NCBI GenBank assembly: GCA_951406725.2
Contig: OX597836.1
Location: forward strand, 21,080,001 to 21,144,000
Reading direction: 5' to 3'
Length of the DNA stretch: 64,000 nt
DNA from: Octopus vulgaris
Taxonomy: Eukaryota
Shown: positions 26,230-41,378 of the stretch, one piece after another
Layout: each line of letters opens with the position of its first letter
Position numbering within the stretch: the stretch's first letter is position 1
Position numbers and translations under genes: made by a program
Notes under the pieces: model-generated
Databases searched by the model: none
What the model was told of the DNA's origin: nothing
The model's input: only the letters and a program-made list of their open reading frames with translations

Positions 26230-26562
26230 TGTGAAGGCAATTTTAAAAGCAGTTATGCAAACCGCTAGTCTTCTTTGTGACACATTAATAAAAGTAAGGT
26301 TACTAAGTTAGCTAACCATGTGTGGCATTTGAAGACCAAATACACACAACATACAATCAAGTGGAGAATCGTAGAGAAATCTATGCCATATATAAATGAG
26401 TCAAAGAGATGTAAGTTATGCATAGCTGAAAAATAACACATTCTTTCAAGGCCCAAAAATTCTACTACATTACTTAATTCAAGATCTGAAATTTTTAGCA
26501 AATGCAAACACATGGACAGGTTTCTTTTGCTGAACTGGAGGACACCACCAGCTCTGGATTGA
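26230..26562 (+). mobile_element. Penelope-like element GIY-YIG endonuclease C-terminal remnant
   Basis: One frame with 3 internal stops: CEGNFKSSYANR*SSL*HINKSKVTKLANHVWHLK...IKWRIVEKSMPYINESKRCKLCIAEK*HIL...LLNSRSEIFSKCKHMDRFLL. Fits the PLE W-x-I...C-x-LC-x2-EK...LN-x-R-x-E...C-x-H pattern. Confidence 0.8.
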
Positions 26563-27868
26563 GTAGCTATCTCACAGACTTGAGTAGCTTCTTCCTTCAT
26601 CACCCTTATTGCATCCACTCCAACCAGGCCCTACACTAATCAATACATGCCCAGGAGAACCTGCAAAGGCCATGGGCACTGCACTTTCCTCTGCATCGAA
26701 TAATTAAAAATAAAAATAAAGATATGAGGCTCTTCCGGGATAGTTACTTACATACTCTGTCCAAGGAGCATTTGCCTAATATTAGCTTAATGCCCAGAAA
26801 CCTGAAATGACAGCTTTTATAGGTCCCTGTCATTTGTGAAAAGCATTGCATTGTTTAGTTAAATAACAAAAATGTTAATGCTAATAAGTATAGCAGTAAC
26901 TAAAAAGTAGAAAAACTACTCTCTGGTGTAGGATACCAAATTGTCCAGATGTATTTTTTTGTCTAGTTATGGATTAACTCAGAGCTGCCACTTGATAACA
27001 GTATAATCATTTTGCATATTATCTCCAAACTAATCAGTAAACTAGATTGGACAAGTCCACAAGCAAGATGAATATCCTATTTCACAACATAAAATCCTGT
27101 ATAATGAACATAAGAGAATCACAAGAAAAATAAATAAATAAAATGATAATAATTAAAAGAAATTATCAGCCAGATTGGTGAGTCTTCTATTGATGATACT
27201 ATCCAATATCAGCCTGTTCACATGTTCTCTGTTTGGTGTAGCTTTCTCTCTCCCTCTCTCTTTCTCTCTAGTTGCCCCTTCCTGGATGTTCTGCTAAGTC
27301 AAAGATAGGAGGGCTGAGAGGGTATCTATATATGTATGTTTGCAACTGCATAGGGATCTACAACAAATGGTAAAAACATGTTCACATGCTACCAAGTCAT
27401 ACTTGAATCCAAGTGACAGCAATAGTATGTGCATGTGTGTCATTATCTGTTTCAGTTGTTGAACCTCGGCCATACTGGGGTACTATCTTGAAATATTAAA
27501 AAAATTCAACCCCTGTATGTATTTTTTAAACTCTAGTATTTATTCTATTGGTCTCTTTGGCCAAACTGCTAAATTAGAAGCACATAAACAATACAATACC
27601 AGTTGTCAAGCAATGATGAAGGCCAAAGATAAACACACACAAAACTGGTTTCTTTCAGTTTCCATCTACCAAATCCACTGACAAGGTTTTGGCCAACCCA
27701 AGGCTATCAGTAGATAACACTTGCCCAAGATACCATGCAGTTGAACTGAACCCAAAACTACATGATTGTGAAGCACACAGCCATGCCCACCCCCATCCAC
27801 ATATATATAAAAAATTTAACAAAAACACAACAGAAAAGTTTACAAAAGCATAGCAAACAGAAAATTTG

Positions 27869-27908
<40 letters not shown>

Positions 27909-29278
27909 CACATATATAGGTGCCATGTTTTAGATAATTTTTTGATAATGACATTTTTCTAAAATATGTAAAACAATTTATTTCTATATACACATACCAA
28001 AAGATATTCACAACAAAATAGCAGAGATAAGTGTTAACAATTAAATAAAAACAAAACTAACAAAATAACAGAACATTTTAAAATGCTACACCTCATTTAT
28101 ATGTGAAAATAATCCTGTAGAGTCCTTAGTCAACCTAGGCATCATATCCACTTCATGTGAAGCAGAGAAGCAGTAAAAGTTATTAGAATAAAAATTCATA
28201 CAATCAACAACTATAAGAATTGATAGAAAAATGTTCAGTCAACAGATTTCTGTGAAACACATTAAAATGAAAGAAAAAAAAAAGTATTTTCTAATCATAA
28301 ACTATAAGTATTTCACAGATTGTCAAAGTTAATGAGATAACATTGAAAAATGAAAAAAAGTTTATGAATTTATAAAATCTAAAATATCTATATAATTTTC
28401 GCAATATAGTATTGTTTGACTTTTATTGTTCAGAGGTTAATAAATATGTTTTGGAATCAATGTAATCAACAAATACTTAGAAGGTGGTGCTTCAAAATGG
28501 CTACAGTCCAGTAACTGAAACAAGTCAAAAAAACATAAGACTCATTATAGATTCGTTATAGATTCATAATGAGAAAAATTGACAAGCTATTATAGTCATG
28601 CTGGGACATCAACTTAAAGGGCTTTAGTCTCTTTCACCAAATTGCTAAGTTATGTGGATGTAAACAAACCAACACTGATTGTCAAGTAGCAGAGGGGAAA
28701 TTACAGACACACACATTCATATAGACACACACACACACATATACATACACTTATATGATGAGCTTCTTTCATTTTTGTCTACCAAAAATCAATCTATCAC
28801 AGAGCTTTGATCGGCCTGGGGCTATAGTAGAAGACACTTGCTGAAGGTGCCACACACTGGATCTAAAGCTGAAACCATGTGATTGGGAAGCAAACTTCTT
28901 ACTACACACCCCTGCCAATAACTATTTTATTCTATTTTATCAGTTTCATTCACTGGATTGCAATCATCTTGATACCACTGCTAATTTCAGCCCAGTACTT
29001 ATTTCTCAATCTCTACTTGTCAAATGGCTAAGTTATATTTTCACATGAAGGGAAATAACTCAGTACACTCTTTTTATGCCAATAAAGAGGCTCCAGTATG
29101 GTTGTGTAGTTAAGAAGTTTGCTTCCTAACCACATGGTTTCAGGTTCAACCCCAATATGTGATACCTTGGACAAGTGTCTTCTGCTATAATCTTGGACCA
29201 ACCAATGCTTTGTGTGTGAATTTCGTAGACAGAAGTTATACAAAGCCTGTCACAGGTGTGTGCATGTATATGCATGTG

Positions 29279-29312
<34 letters not shown>

Positions 29313-31069
29313 ACATGCATGTATGTGTATGTGTGTAATTGCTTATGTCCTGTATGCACAGTAAAATTACTCAGTTACAGAGAGTGTTGTCTGTTTTCAT
29401 TTACCTGTCAACAAATTACCCAGTAGCTCAGCTTTCAAAGAGAAGCAGAATAAAGACACTGTTATTTGAAAAATAAGAGTTAGCAACAGGAAGGGCACTA
29501 GGCTGAAAAAACAAAGCCTCAAGAATAGTGATTAATCTAACTCGTGCTTGCATAGAAAAAAGGATATCAAAAGAATGAATGAAAAACTATAAAATGATTA
29601 ACAAATGAGTAGAGAAAATGTAGAGTTGAAAGGACTTAAGTTTTATATTGTTGATGACATAACCTCTGCAGAGCTGGTGTCATGATAAAATGCACCCAGT
29701 ACACTCTGTAACATGGCTTTTATGTTAGGAATGGTATCAAACCATAAAAACCAAGCTAAAACTGAAATAAGTGAGTGAGATGACACACACATCTAGAGGT
29801 ACAGTTAATTTTCAAAAATATTTTATTCACCTCTAAAGGATGAAAGACAAAATTTTAGTGATTGAATGTAAATAAGATGTTACCACTAATTTTTATGTGA
29901 AGGATGCAATAAGGGAATGAGACATCATTTAACATTAACGCATTTTTATTGTTGTGAGTAAAAGCAATGAGCTGCCTTGTCTCAGTCAAATATATACAGT
30001 ATTCACATGGAGAGGTCATAGAGATTACTGGAGTTAACACAACCTAAGCAAAACATTTTGTAAAGAACAAGTATACTTTGTTGAACATGTGTGGTCAGAG
30101 AAAAATAGCCGTGGTCAGAAAATTTCAGTGAAGCTCTTGCATGCTGTCCTGGTGTAGGCAAACTGAAAGAGAGAACCATGCTTTTTGGTGTCCATGCAGC
30201 AAGAGAGAGAGAGAAAGCTCATAACCACTGGAATATATAGGTGTCAGCTGTGACACTACCTGGTGGTGTTTACCAGCAAAGGGAAATAATTCAGCTATCC
30301 TCAGTAGTCTACTACATCATCCCTCTCCGAAACCATTCTTGGTAACTTTCAGAATTTGTAGAAGAGCAGTAAGGCAATGGCACAAAGGGAGGAGGAAAGG
30401 AAAAAAAAAACATTAATATTTACTTTCTGTCATGATCGGGAAGGAAAATATCTGTCCTGATTTGTTGATCAGAGAGAGGGGTCTCAGAGTGGCAGAAAGT
30501 TAAGACTGGCAGCCAAAAGTACAAGTCATGGAAAGCAGGAATGCATGGATGTACCAGCAAAAGGACTTAATTTGGCTATCCTCACTAGTCTCCTACAAAG
30601 TGAACCTGAGTGGAACTTGAGCTCAGAATGGAAGAATTGCTACTCAACAGTTTATCCAGTATACAAATAATTCTAACAGTTTATCACCTAAGCCAGAACA
30701 AATTCTACATAACAATTTTTTCTGCCACCCTATCACCTTAGTCACAAATATATTCACAGCATTTCTTTCAACTCTGAGAAGATTATTGTAATGTCAAATT
30801 CTAGGAGAATCTGAACTCAGGACTAAGAGAAACAAAACTAAATATTGCATTATTTATTTAGCTCAAACAGTTCAACGTTATGTCAACTCACTGCCCTCTT
30901 TGCTGATAAAGTAATATTTTCATCTACAGGCAACTACATTGATAAAACAAAACAACAGTCAACAATCATACCTGAACTGACTCATGAAAACTGAAACAGA
31001 ATTGATAAACGATATCAACCAACAACAGCCTTTAAATATTAATGCATCAATTACTGACTACAGTGCATA

Positions 31070-31088
31070 GATACATACACATATGTAT

Positions 31089-31147
<59 letters not shown>

Positions 31148-31472
31148 TACATACACATACTCACATGTACATACATATGCACACATTTGTACATAAATAC
31201 ATATAAATACACATATACACACATATACATATATGTGTGTATATATATAGAGAGAGATATATACACACACACATATACACACATACATATATACACACAT
31301 ACACACTGACACATATACAGACATACATACACACACACGTATACACATATATATGCACACATATACAAATATATATACATATATATACGTATATATACAT
31401 ACACATATACACACATATATATGCACACATATACAAATATATATACATATATATACGTATATATACATACAC

Positions 31473-31511
<39 letters not shown>

Positions 31512-31683
31512 CAAACATACATATATACACGCATATATATACATACTTACATATACACATATCTATATATCTATATCTAGCATGATGCAATTTCATAGCA
31601 GCATCTTCATGGTTCATTGTGTATACATGCATGTACGTATGTGATATATATACATATACACACACTTACATATGTGTGTGTGC

Positions 31684-31727
<44 letters not shown>

Positions 31728-31752
31728 CTATATATATATACACATACATATA
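31070..31752. repeat. Compound (TA)/(CA) microsatellite with an internal ~60-bp duplication
   Basis: Seen directly; about 31340-31405 repeats at about 31410-31480. Confidence 0.9.
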
Positions 31753-32366
31753 TGATCGAAGGTATTCCAGCCTCGACCATCCTCTTTGTTTGGGGTTTTT
31801 TTGAGATATTTCACATAAAATTATTCAGTTTGTGCTTTTAAGAGAGGAAGATATATATATATATATGTATATATACATTACACACATGTACACACACAAT
31901 GAATCATTGAAGGTGCAATGAAATTGCATTGTGCTAAATATAGCAGCCAAAATCTCCCTCGACTCAAATCCTCTCTTAAAAGCACAAAGGACAAACTGAA
32001 TAATATAATGTGAAATATCTCAAAAAAAAACAAAAGAAAACAGGATGGTCAAAGCTGGAATAGCTTTGTTCATATAGTTTCTTAGTCCAAGCTAACCTGA
32101 GCACAACAACAACACCTATTAAAAATGAATGAAAATATCTCCAAATCTTCATTGATGGACTTGTTAAAAATGGCACGGCTCTTCTTTCTGAACTCTCAAC
32201 ATCTAGTTCATGCTCTTTCATATTCTATTTCCATCACCAAAAGTCAAAATTCACTAGATTCTGTTTGAGTCTATAACAGAAACTGTACATGGTGGCAGCC
32301 AAACATTCTTCATATCATATACATGACCATCATAAAAAGAGGAAATAACTGTGAAACCAGAATCAT

Positions 32367-32452
32367 ATACGAGTGGCCGCTGATAAGTTCCTGGTTTTAA
32401 GGATACCGAAAGGGTAGTACTGTTACCTTTCCAAGGGAGGTAGGACAACTAC
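32367..32452. mobile_element. Possible Tc1/mariner terminal fragment
   Basis: TA-CGAGTGGCCGCTGATAAGTTCCTGG resembles mariner TIR starts; no partner end seen. Confidence 0.3.
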
Positions 32453-32453
32453 T

Positions 32454-32491
<38 letters not shown>

Positions 32492-32664
32492 AAAAGCACC
32501 CACTACACTCATGGAGTGGTTGGCGTTAGGAAGGGCATCCAGCCGTAGAAACATTGCCAGATCAGACTGGGCCTGGTGCAGCCTTCTGGCTTGCCAGACC
32601 CCAGTTGCACCGTCCAACCCATGCCAGCATGGAAAGCGGACGCTAAACGATGATGATGATGATG

Positions 32665-32695
<31 letters not shown>

Positions 32696-32732
32696 GACTC
32701 ACACACACATATATATGTATACATATATATAT

Positions 32733-32898
32733 AGGGGTGGCTGTGTGGTAAGTAGCTTGCTAACCAACCACACGTTTGCGGGTTCAGTCCCACTGCGTGG
32801 CATCTTGGGCAAGTGTCTTCTGCTATAGCCCCGGGCTGACCAATGCCTTGTGAGTGGATTTGGTAGACGGAAACTGAAAGAAGCCTGTCGTATATATG

Positions 32899-32931
<33 letters not shown>

Positions 32932-33110
32932 GTTTGTATGTCTGTGTTTGTCCCCCTAGCATTGCTTGACAACCGATGCTGGTGTGTTTACGTCCCCGTC
33001 ACTTAGCTGTTCGGCAAAAAGAGACCGATAGAATAAGTACTAAAAGGCGGTGCTCCAGCATGGCCACAGTCAAATGACTGAAACAAGTAAAAGAGAAAAG
33101 AGAAAAGAGA
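32733..33110 (+). mobile_element. tRNA-derived SINE, type A, with an internal deletion in the 3' part
   Basis: Homologous to the 15676 copy; lacks the segment between GAATAAGTAC and TAAAAGGCGG. Confidence 0.85.
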
Positions 33111-33139
33111 TATACATACATATACACACATGCATATAT

Positions 33140-33172
<33 letters not shown>

Positions 33173-33682
33173 GATGTAACATATGGTATAATTATAAATG
33201 GGGCAAATTTTAGCCATTCCTCTGCAGACTGAAATAGAAATGAACAACCTTAATCAATTTTCAAACCTTATTGGGTTCTCATCAAAGGCATCTACATGAT
33301 TCTAACAGTCCCCAGAGAAAGAACTGTTTATATACTCAATAAATGCAGCAGTTACTCTCTGAAGGAGTTCCTAATTTGTATACCAAATGTGTTTAACACT
33401 CTATAAATAAGCAGTGGCTTTTCAACGGGAATCTTAGTCTACACAGTATTAAGGTATGATATAATAAATATGTAACATATAGTGTATATATATATATATA
33501 TATACACATTTCAACACCCCCTTGTAGTCTGAGATACATTGTGTATTAAAAGATTTTAAAATTGCACAGGAAGAGAGAGAGTTGATGGAGAGAAGGGGGA
33601 AAGGAGGTGGAGAGGAGTGGAGGAAGGAAGAGAGGAAGAGGAGAAAGTGATGCAGAGGAGGCAGAAGAGGAGAATGGTTTAA

Positions 33683-33901
33683 CCCTTTAGTGTTCAGGTT
33701 ATTCAATCAAACATAATGCTTATTGATTCCCATTGATTTGAATTAATCATGCATTATTTCATATCTTCAAGATCTTGATGGTGTAATTACTTAATGTAGA
33801 ATAACATTGTAGGGTAGGTGTGAGAGCCTGGATCTGGTCAGTTTGAACATCAAACAGACTAGCTATTTTGGCCGGATATGACCAGTTTAAATACTAAAGG
33901 G
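33683..33901. mobile_element. piggyBac-type MITE, second family
   Basis: TTAA-CCCTTTAGT...ACTAAAGGG-TTAA. Partial relatives near 39525-39690 and 58361-58500. Confidence 0.75.
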
Positions 33902-34489
33902 TTAACCTTCAATGATCATATATCTGTTGGATCAAGGCTGAATGGATCTTAAAGAATAAGAACAATAGATAATTAAAACGAGCACCTATCCATCGCTGCC
34001 CATCACACCTCACATTTCTTCATCCCTTCCAACTAAAAAAAAATTCACCAAACAGAAAGAGAGTAAAGAAAGACAAAGAAGAAAGTATAACTTTAACTTT
34101 GTGGTTGAAAGAACCTCCGGCTTGGAGAAGACGGGGAAAATAATGAAAACAAAAAATAAACCCTTTCTTTAACAAGCCATTGCATAACTGGCCAACCATT
34201 GCCAACATGAGAGAGAGAGCATGACTAAAAGATAGTTGAAGTCAAGTTTTCTTGCTATTCATGAAAACCTGTCTATGTTATTTGAACAAACAGTACTTCC
34301 TTCTTCGTCACCAGCTTTCTGTCAACATGTCATGCAACTTAATAAAATGGCTTATGAATTATACAAAACAATTTACCTCTGCATACAAGGAAACGTAATA
34401 TCTATTCAGATCTCCTACCACACTTGGATAATTAAGTTGCTTATGTAATGTGTTTCTTCTCAATGGTAAAGGAAAAAAAATATTGATTA

Positions 34490-34760
34490 TATACAAGTGT
34501 GTGTGGGCATCTGTGTGTGTATATATACATATATATACATACATATATACATATATATACATACATATATATATATATACATATATATACATACATATAT
34601 ATATACATATATACATACATATACATACATACATATACATACATATATATGTATGTATATATACATATATATACACATATACATACATATATATGTATAT
34701 ATACATACACATACATATATATGTATATATACATATACATATTTATATACATATAGATAA
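34490..34760. repeat. Compound (TA)/(TACA) microsatellite
   Basis: Seen directly. Confidence 0.9.
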
Positions 34761-36065
34761 ATATGAAAATGAGTAAGTGAAATATCTAAGAACACATGAC
34801 TATGAACTACAGTATAGTTAAATACATACACATTAAAAGTTCAGGAATAAATATGTAGAAGTATTGTATGTGAGTGCACTATGTACATCATGGTCATTGT
34901 CATTTTAACGTCCACTCTTCCAGGTTTTCATGAAGCAGATGAAATTCCTTGAGGTAGATTTTCTACAGCTAGATGCCCTTCTTGTCATCAAGTCTCTCCT
35001 GTTTTCAAGCAATTGGATTTTTTTCTCTTGGACAGACATGATTTCATGAAAGATTGGAAATGAACAGCACTGCTTGAATAACAATAACACTCTTTTGCAA
35101 TTATCATGCAATGTCAAGAAGGAGACACAAGCATACACATGTGCACCTTTGGATGCATGCACACACACAACCTTCCTTCAGTTTCTCACAAACAAATCCA
35201 TGCACAAAGCTTCAGTCAGCCTAGGGTTATAGTACAAGTCACTTGTACAAGGGTCCAAGGTGATACAGTGGGACTTAACCTGAGACCATGATTGGGGACC
35301 ATATATATACTTATATCATCATCATCATCATCATCATCCATGTTAGCAGGGTTGGGGTGGTTTCACAAGAATCAACCAGGCCAAAGCCTGCACCAGACTT
35401 CTGCAACTGTTTTGGCAGGATTTTTACAGCTGGATTCCCTTCCTAACAACAACCACTCAGCAGAGTGGACTTAGTGGTTTTTATGTAGCACAAGCATAGT
35501 TGATGTCAGTTTTGGCAAGATTTTTACAGCTGGATGCCCTTCTGAATGCCAAACACTCTACAGTGTGGACTGGGTGCCTTTAATTGGCACCTGCACTGGC
35601 AGGGTCACCAAGTGCTTACAAGAAGAAAAATAAAATTTCAAGAGGGATTGGAGGCATTGGAGGAGGTGATCTTGTGTCAGATGATGAAAGGTTATAGTGA
35701 GACAGAGAGAGAGAAACAGGTGTCTTGCTGTAGATGAAGTACAGGGTTACCCAACCAGAGAGAAAGAGTTTAGAGAGAGAGAAAGATCAGGAATGAAGAC
35801 AGAAACAAGAGTGCTACCACAAAGGAAATACATGGTTACCCAACCTGAGGGAAGTGTAGGAGAAGGAGAGAGAAAGTGGGAGACAGCAGGATAGAGATGG
35901 TGGTAAAATGCCAGGCACACTCATAAGGGATGGGGATCAGAATATAAATGGGATGGTTGAGTAAAGGAAGGGTGAGATATAGATGGTGGCAAGTGCCAGG
36001 ATATTGCAAAGGAAGTACGATTAAAGAGTGTGGAGAGGTGGGATCCAGTGGCAAGTAGCAACCCC

Positions 36066-36109
<44 letters not shown>

Positions 36110-36268
36110 TCCTAAATACGGGCATATTTGGCATTAGAAATTTTTTCGTTTGCCCTTATTTATGAATTGTTTATAATCTTAACCTTTAAAGGTATTTTTT
36201 AATATGCTGGCCATTGATAAAACTTTTTTGGGAAAAGTATTTTTTCGAAAAATTTTATCCTACATTAG

Positions 36269-36318
<50 letters not shown>

Positions 36319-37554
36319 GGGGGGGTATGTGTTTGAAGTGATGTACAGATACTGTACATTAAGAAAAAGGAGGTAGTCGAATTTTGGATAATTCTTTTTT
36401 AGTGCTTTCTTTCATATAAAAACAGACATTAAATGATGATGTTGATATATATTTATAAGCATATGAGCACATGCATACGTATGTATACAGGGGAATACCT
36501 GTATTATTTTTGCAATTAAAAGACAAAAAAACTTCCTTTGGGGTTATCTAAAATCAAAAAAAAGGGGGAAACCACTCCAATATTAGTAATCCAAATGCTT
36601 GTTTTGTTTTTAGATTTTAACCACCCAGAGAGGGGGAACTGAAAAAAAACATATGTACACAATCCTATATATACATTTTGTATAGGCATGCTCATGAGTA
36701 TGTGTTTGTATGCACACAAACACTACAAAACAAACACACATGAACGTATAACTAAACTTGCTCAGCTGCTAAAAAGAAACTCCTATCCTCATTTAATGAG
36801 TGGTGATTTAACTAACAGCTGAACACCGAATCTCTATTACAGCAGTCCTCAAGTAGAGAACTAATCAGCTCAGCATTTATTTCTAAATGATTCCTCTTTA
36901 ACCAACCTTCATAAAAATACAGAAATGAAGATGTGGAATTTCAACTCTTTCCATTTCTTTCAATTAAAGATAATGAGTTCTTTCTTGTTGTTTGTTGTTG
37001 ATTTTGTTGTGAATGAACCTGAAAAATTTATTGCTGAAATAAAGTCTAATTCAATATCATATATATATAAGGACAATATTACATGATGCTTAAATGTTAT
37101 ATATATTCACACACATCCTTTATTAAATATCAAACTTAGCACACTACAAAAGTTAGGGTTTTTTTTTATATCATTTGAGCTTTATCTATAAACTTGTTCC
37201 AGTCGCTGGACCATGGCTATGCTGGGGTACCAGCCTGAAAGATTTTGTTGAATAAATTGAACCCAGTACTTATTTTCTAAGCTTGGTACGTATTTGCCAA
37301 ACTGCTAAGTTACATGCCTAAAAGCAAATCAATATCAGTTGTCAAGCAATGTGAGGGGAACAAACACAAAAGTAAACACACAAACATATATATACAATGG
37401 ATTTCCACAGTTTCCATCAACTAAATTCACTCACTGGGACTGTAGTAGGAGACATTTGCCCTAAGTGCCACACAGTGGAACTGAACCGAAAAACCAGGTG
37501 CTTGCAATGCAAACTTCTTAACCACAGCTGTGCCTATGCCTCTATATATAAAGA

Positions 37555-38822
37555 TATTCCTCAAAGTGGAGGGCAGACTGTATGATGCTTGTGCTAGGAT
37601 TGCAGTGCTGCATTATAGTGAGACATGGGCCTTCAATGCAGAGGACTTGAGAAGATTTGTAAAAGATGAGATCAGCATGCTCCATTTATGTGCAATGTAG
37701 GTATGCATGAAAAGCATAGTACAAATGGACTGAGGAAAAAACTAATTAGAGGAATCAGATGTAATGAGCACTGGTATGGACATGTGATATGTATGGATGA
37801 GGACAGCTGTATAAAGAAGTGCTAATAACTTAATATTGATGGATTTTGCAGAAGAAGGAAACCCTGGGAGAAAAAGAAATGAAGGCTGACTTCAGGGCCT
37901 TGAATTTCATGGAGATAACAAGAGACCAGGATGACTGGTGATATGCACTAATATGCGCACCCATCATCTCTCTAATTGCAACTTATCTTTCTTATGGTCC
38001 AGAACCATTTCCCTAGATATCCATCCTTCATTCGTATACAGTCCTCTCTACCCACATTTTACATTGATCATCCCTTTGAGTCTTCAAATTATCTCTCTCT
38101 CTCTCTCCCCTAACATACATCTTTCACTCTCCCCACAAACTATACCAGCCTCTTTCTCCAACATTCTGACAACCTATCCAACAACATATCATCTCTCTTT
38201 CCTTCTCTCTCTTCTATCCCACCATTATATTTGCTACTCGCCACTCCCATGGATCATTCGTCACCCCCACTCCTTATCCAGTATTCTTTATATCCATTCC
38301 ATAACACTTATTCATTCTTAATTCATTACATTCAACCCTTCACTTATTCCCCATCACTTACTCTCCCATACACCCACACTCCAGTTCTTCTGTTTCCACT
38401 CACATTTACTCACTTTGTAGCTTGCAGATATACCCAAACACCTCATGACTTTTTTCTCCTTTCCCAGTCCACTTTGATCACCCCCACACTGTAAGAAACC
38501 AGTCCTGGTCTGGCCCTTTCTCTCATACTTTAACCCAGCCCCCTATCTCCTGCCATAAAGCTGACTCACTCTGGATCTGTAGTCTGACAAGTGCATCAGC
38601 ACAAGTGAGGTCCCTATGCAGCTGACTTCATTAGTGCTGGTGGCATGAAAATCCACCCAGTGCCCGCTATAAAGTGGTTGGCATTAGGAAGGGCATCCAG
38701 CCATAAAAACCATACCAAAGCAGACAGTGAAGCATGATGCAATCCTTTGACCTATAAGTTCCTGTCATACCATCCAACCTATGCCAGCATGCATAGAACA
38801 TAGACATCAAATGATGATGATG
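37555..38822 (+). mobile_element. RTE 3' part with a pyrimidine-rich UTR and (GAT)n tail
   Basis: FLKVEGRLYDACARIAVLHYSETWAFNAEDLRR...WYGHV; CT-rich 37960-38560; shared tail. A similar minus-strand UTR lies at about 35310-36060. Confidence 0.7.
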
Positions 38823-41378
38823 AAACTGCAATAGACTAGTGATCAATTCCATGTGCATAATTTATCTATGCTTATCTTGTGTAATATGAGAGAAACCAAA
38901 AAAAGCCAGCAATATCTTTTGTTAATCCTCATGGCTTTGGAAAATAGATTTAAACTTTTAAGAATATCTCCAAGCAAGTTAAAGCAATAACTAAACCAGA
39001 CTAACAATAATACTAAAACTAAACAAGTACTGGAGCTAATACATGTCAGCTTTATGATTCCAAACATTCTAGGCTGAAAAAGCTGTCAGAGATTTTACCA
39101 AAGATCTTGCTCTGGAAGAAAGCCCAGAGTTTCTATTTATTATTCTTCACTTTTTCTTTTATTTCTTCATTCTTTTATGTATACACTTTTCTTTTTATCC
39201 ATTTTTGATTATCCTTCTTTTTTTTTTTTTTTCACATGTTTCGTAGGTAATCTTATCTATGCGTTCTCACATAATAAATTTCTATCGTGAAACAATTTCA
39301 CTAGGAAAGAGTATTTTGGCAATAAACTAGAAAGAGAAATGAAGTAGCAACAAGTTCTATAGCTAAGTTCAGTTATAAAAGATGTAATACCCATGTACTG
39401 AGTCATTCTGGAAGACATTTTAAAACTGTTTTGTGAGTAAGTTCATGAAGTTTTGATGTACAAGAAAAAGTTACAGGAAATAATTTGCCGACTTTGAGGA
39501 CTCCAAAATTCACTTAAAAAGACTTAACTCTTTAGCATTTAATCTGGCTACATCAGGTCCAGATAATCCACCTGTTTTATGTTCAAACCAATCATATCTG
39601 GCCTCTCACACCTAACCAACTATGTCATTCTAAACATACACAATCATATCATATCTTGAAGCTATGAAATAATGCATGATTAATTTACTCCATTAGATTT
39701 TGAAATTTTTATGGCCACAATCCATTAGCTGGAATTTATTTAAATTTTTAAAATATTATCTGATATCCAAAATTATGAAATGGATCTAGGATACACTGGC
39801 TAATGCATTTAAATATACTATATCTGAATAAAATAAATGATAGTTGTGGCTAGAACAACTTTATCATAGATGCATATCAATCCCTCAAACAGGCTGGAGA
39901 TGAGCAGCAACAACAACTACCTCAATTGAGAACTTGCTTTTTCGTCTCTTTTTTATCAGGAAGGAAAGCAGTTCTCATAGCATTCCTTTGGAATCTCTAA
40001 GATTGTGGTAAGGGGGGAGGGAGGGAAGGAAGGAAGGAAGGAAGGAAGGGAAGGAGGAAGGAAGGAATCCTCAAACTGGACTCATGGCCCTAATGCTTGC
40101 AACAGAATGTATTCTATTAATGGCATGCAAGTGTACCAAAGTGATGGTATTATACCAGGTCACTGATTAAGACAACCATCCAAGTAGGCCATGGTGTGAT
40201 TTGAACTCAGAATGCAGAGTCAAAACAAATACAGCAAAGCATTCTACCTAACACTCTAACAACTCTGCTAATTTGCACTTAACTGACTGATTTTGTCATT
40301 TAATAAGGTGTCTTGACCAATGAAACAACTGGTCATTCATCATCATCATCCTCATTTAGTGTCCATTTTCCATGCTGGCATGGATTGGACAGTTTGATGG
40401 GAGCTGGCAGAGCAGAGCTGCACCAGGCTCCAGTTGTGTTTTGGCATGGTTTCTATGGTTGGATGCCCTTCCCAATGCCAACCAGTTTACAGAGTACTGG
40501 GTGCTTTTTACATAATACCAGCACAGGGCTTTATATGTGGCACCAGTACAAATGTTTTTCACATGGCACCAGCTGGCTGCTTTTCACATGGCACTAGCAC
40601 ATTAATATGCACTAACTGGACACAATAAGTTCAGTCTGAAAGTTCATATACTGCAGGTTCTCTAACCTTGTGTAAGTCCCTTAACTTCAACCTCTGTAAA
40701 AGCATTACCCTTAATATAAATACAAGCCAGCAAGGGAGCCGAAACATAGTCACTGAACCTGCAAGAAATAGCAGCCAAATTGCCCCAAATCCACACCCTA
40801 TCCACTTTAAAAAAAGGATACTACATAAATTCAGGGAGATTTGACTTCTATTTCATCAGACTATTTCTTTAGACAGATAGACAGACAGACAGACAGATAT
40901 AGCTTGCTATTTATTCCTCCTTTACCATGATTCTTTTCTGTCGAACAGGTAATCTTATCTGCATGTTCTCACAAAATTTCTATCATGAAACAACTTTAAC
41001 CTCACAACTATCAACTGTAAATATAACTTAAATCCTATCATCTTTAAAAAGTATAAGATAATGTGCGGAATTTATCTTATCTTTGTAACACAAGAGAAAC
41101 TAAGATAACAAAAACATCCTAATTAATTAACATGATTAAAAAAACAAAACAAAGAAGAAAGACACATCGGACATTATATCCAGAGATACATTATGTCTGA
41201 AAAGCAATAAGACAAGTTGCTTATGGTGGTAATGCCTTTGATCATGTATCTGCTTGACCAGAGCCACCTTGGGACAAAACAACAACAAACATATTTAATT
41301 TTAAGAAAAAAAAATTGAAAAATTATCATCACCAGTAATGTTTATACCACTTAACCAAAGAAAATAGTAACTATTTAA

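Noticed and set aside
31051-31841. Overlapping YI/CV/HT-rich ORFs (also near 19.2, 23.9 and 34.4 kb)
   Set aside because: Translations of (TA)/(CA) microsatellites.
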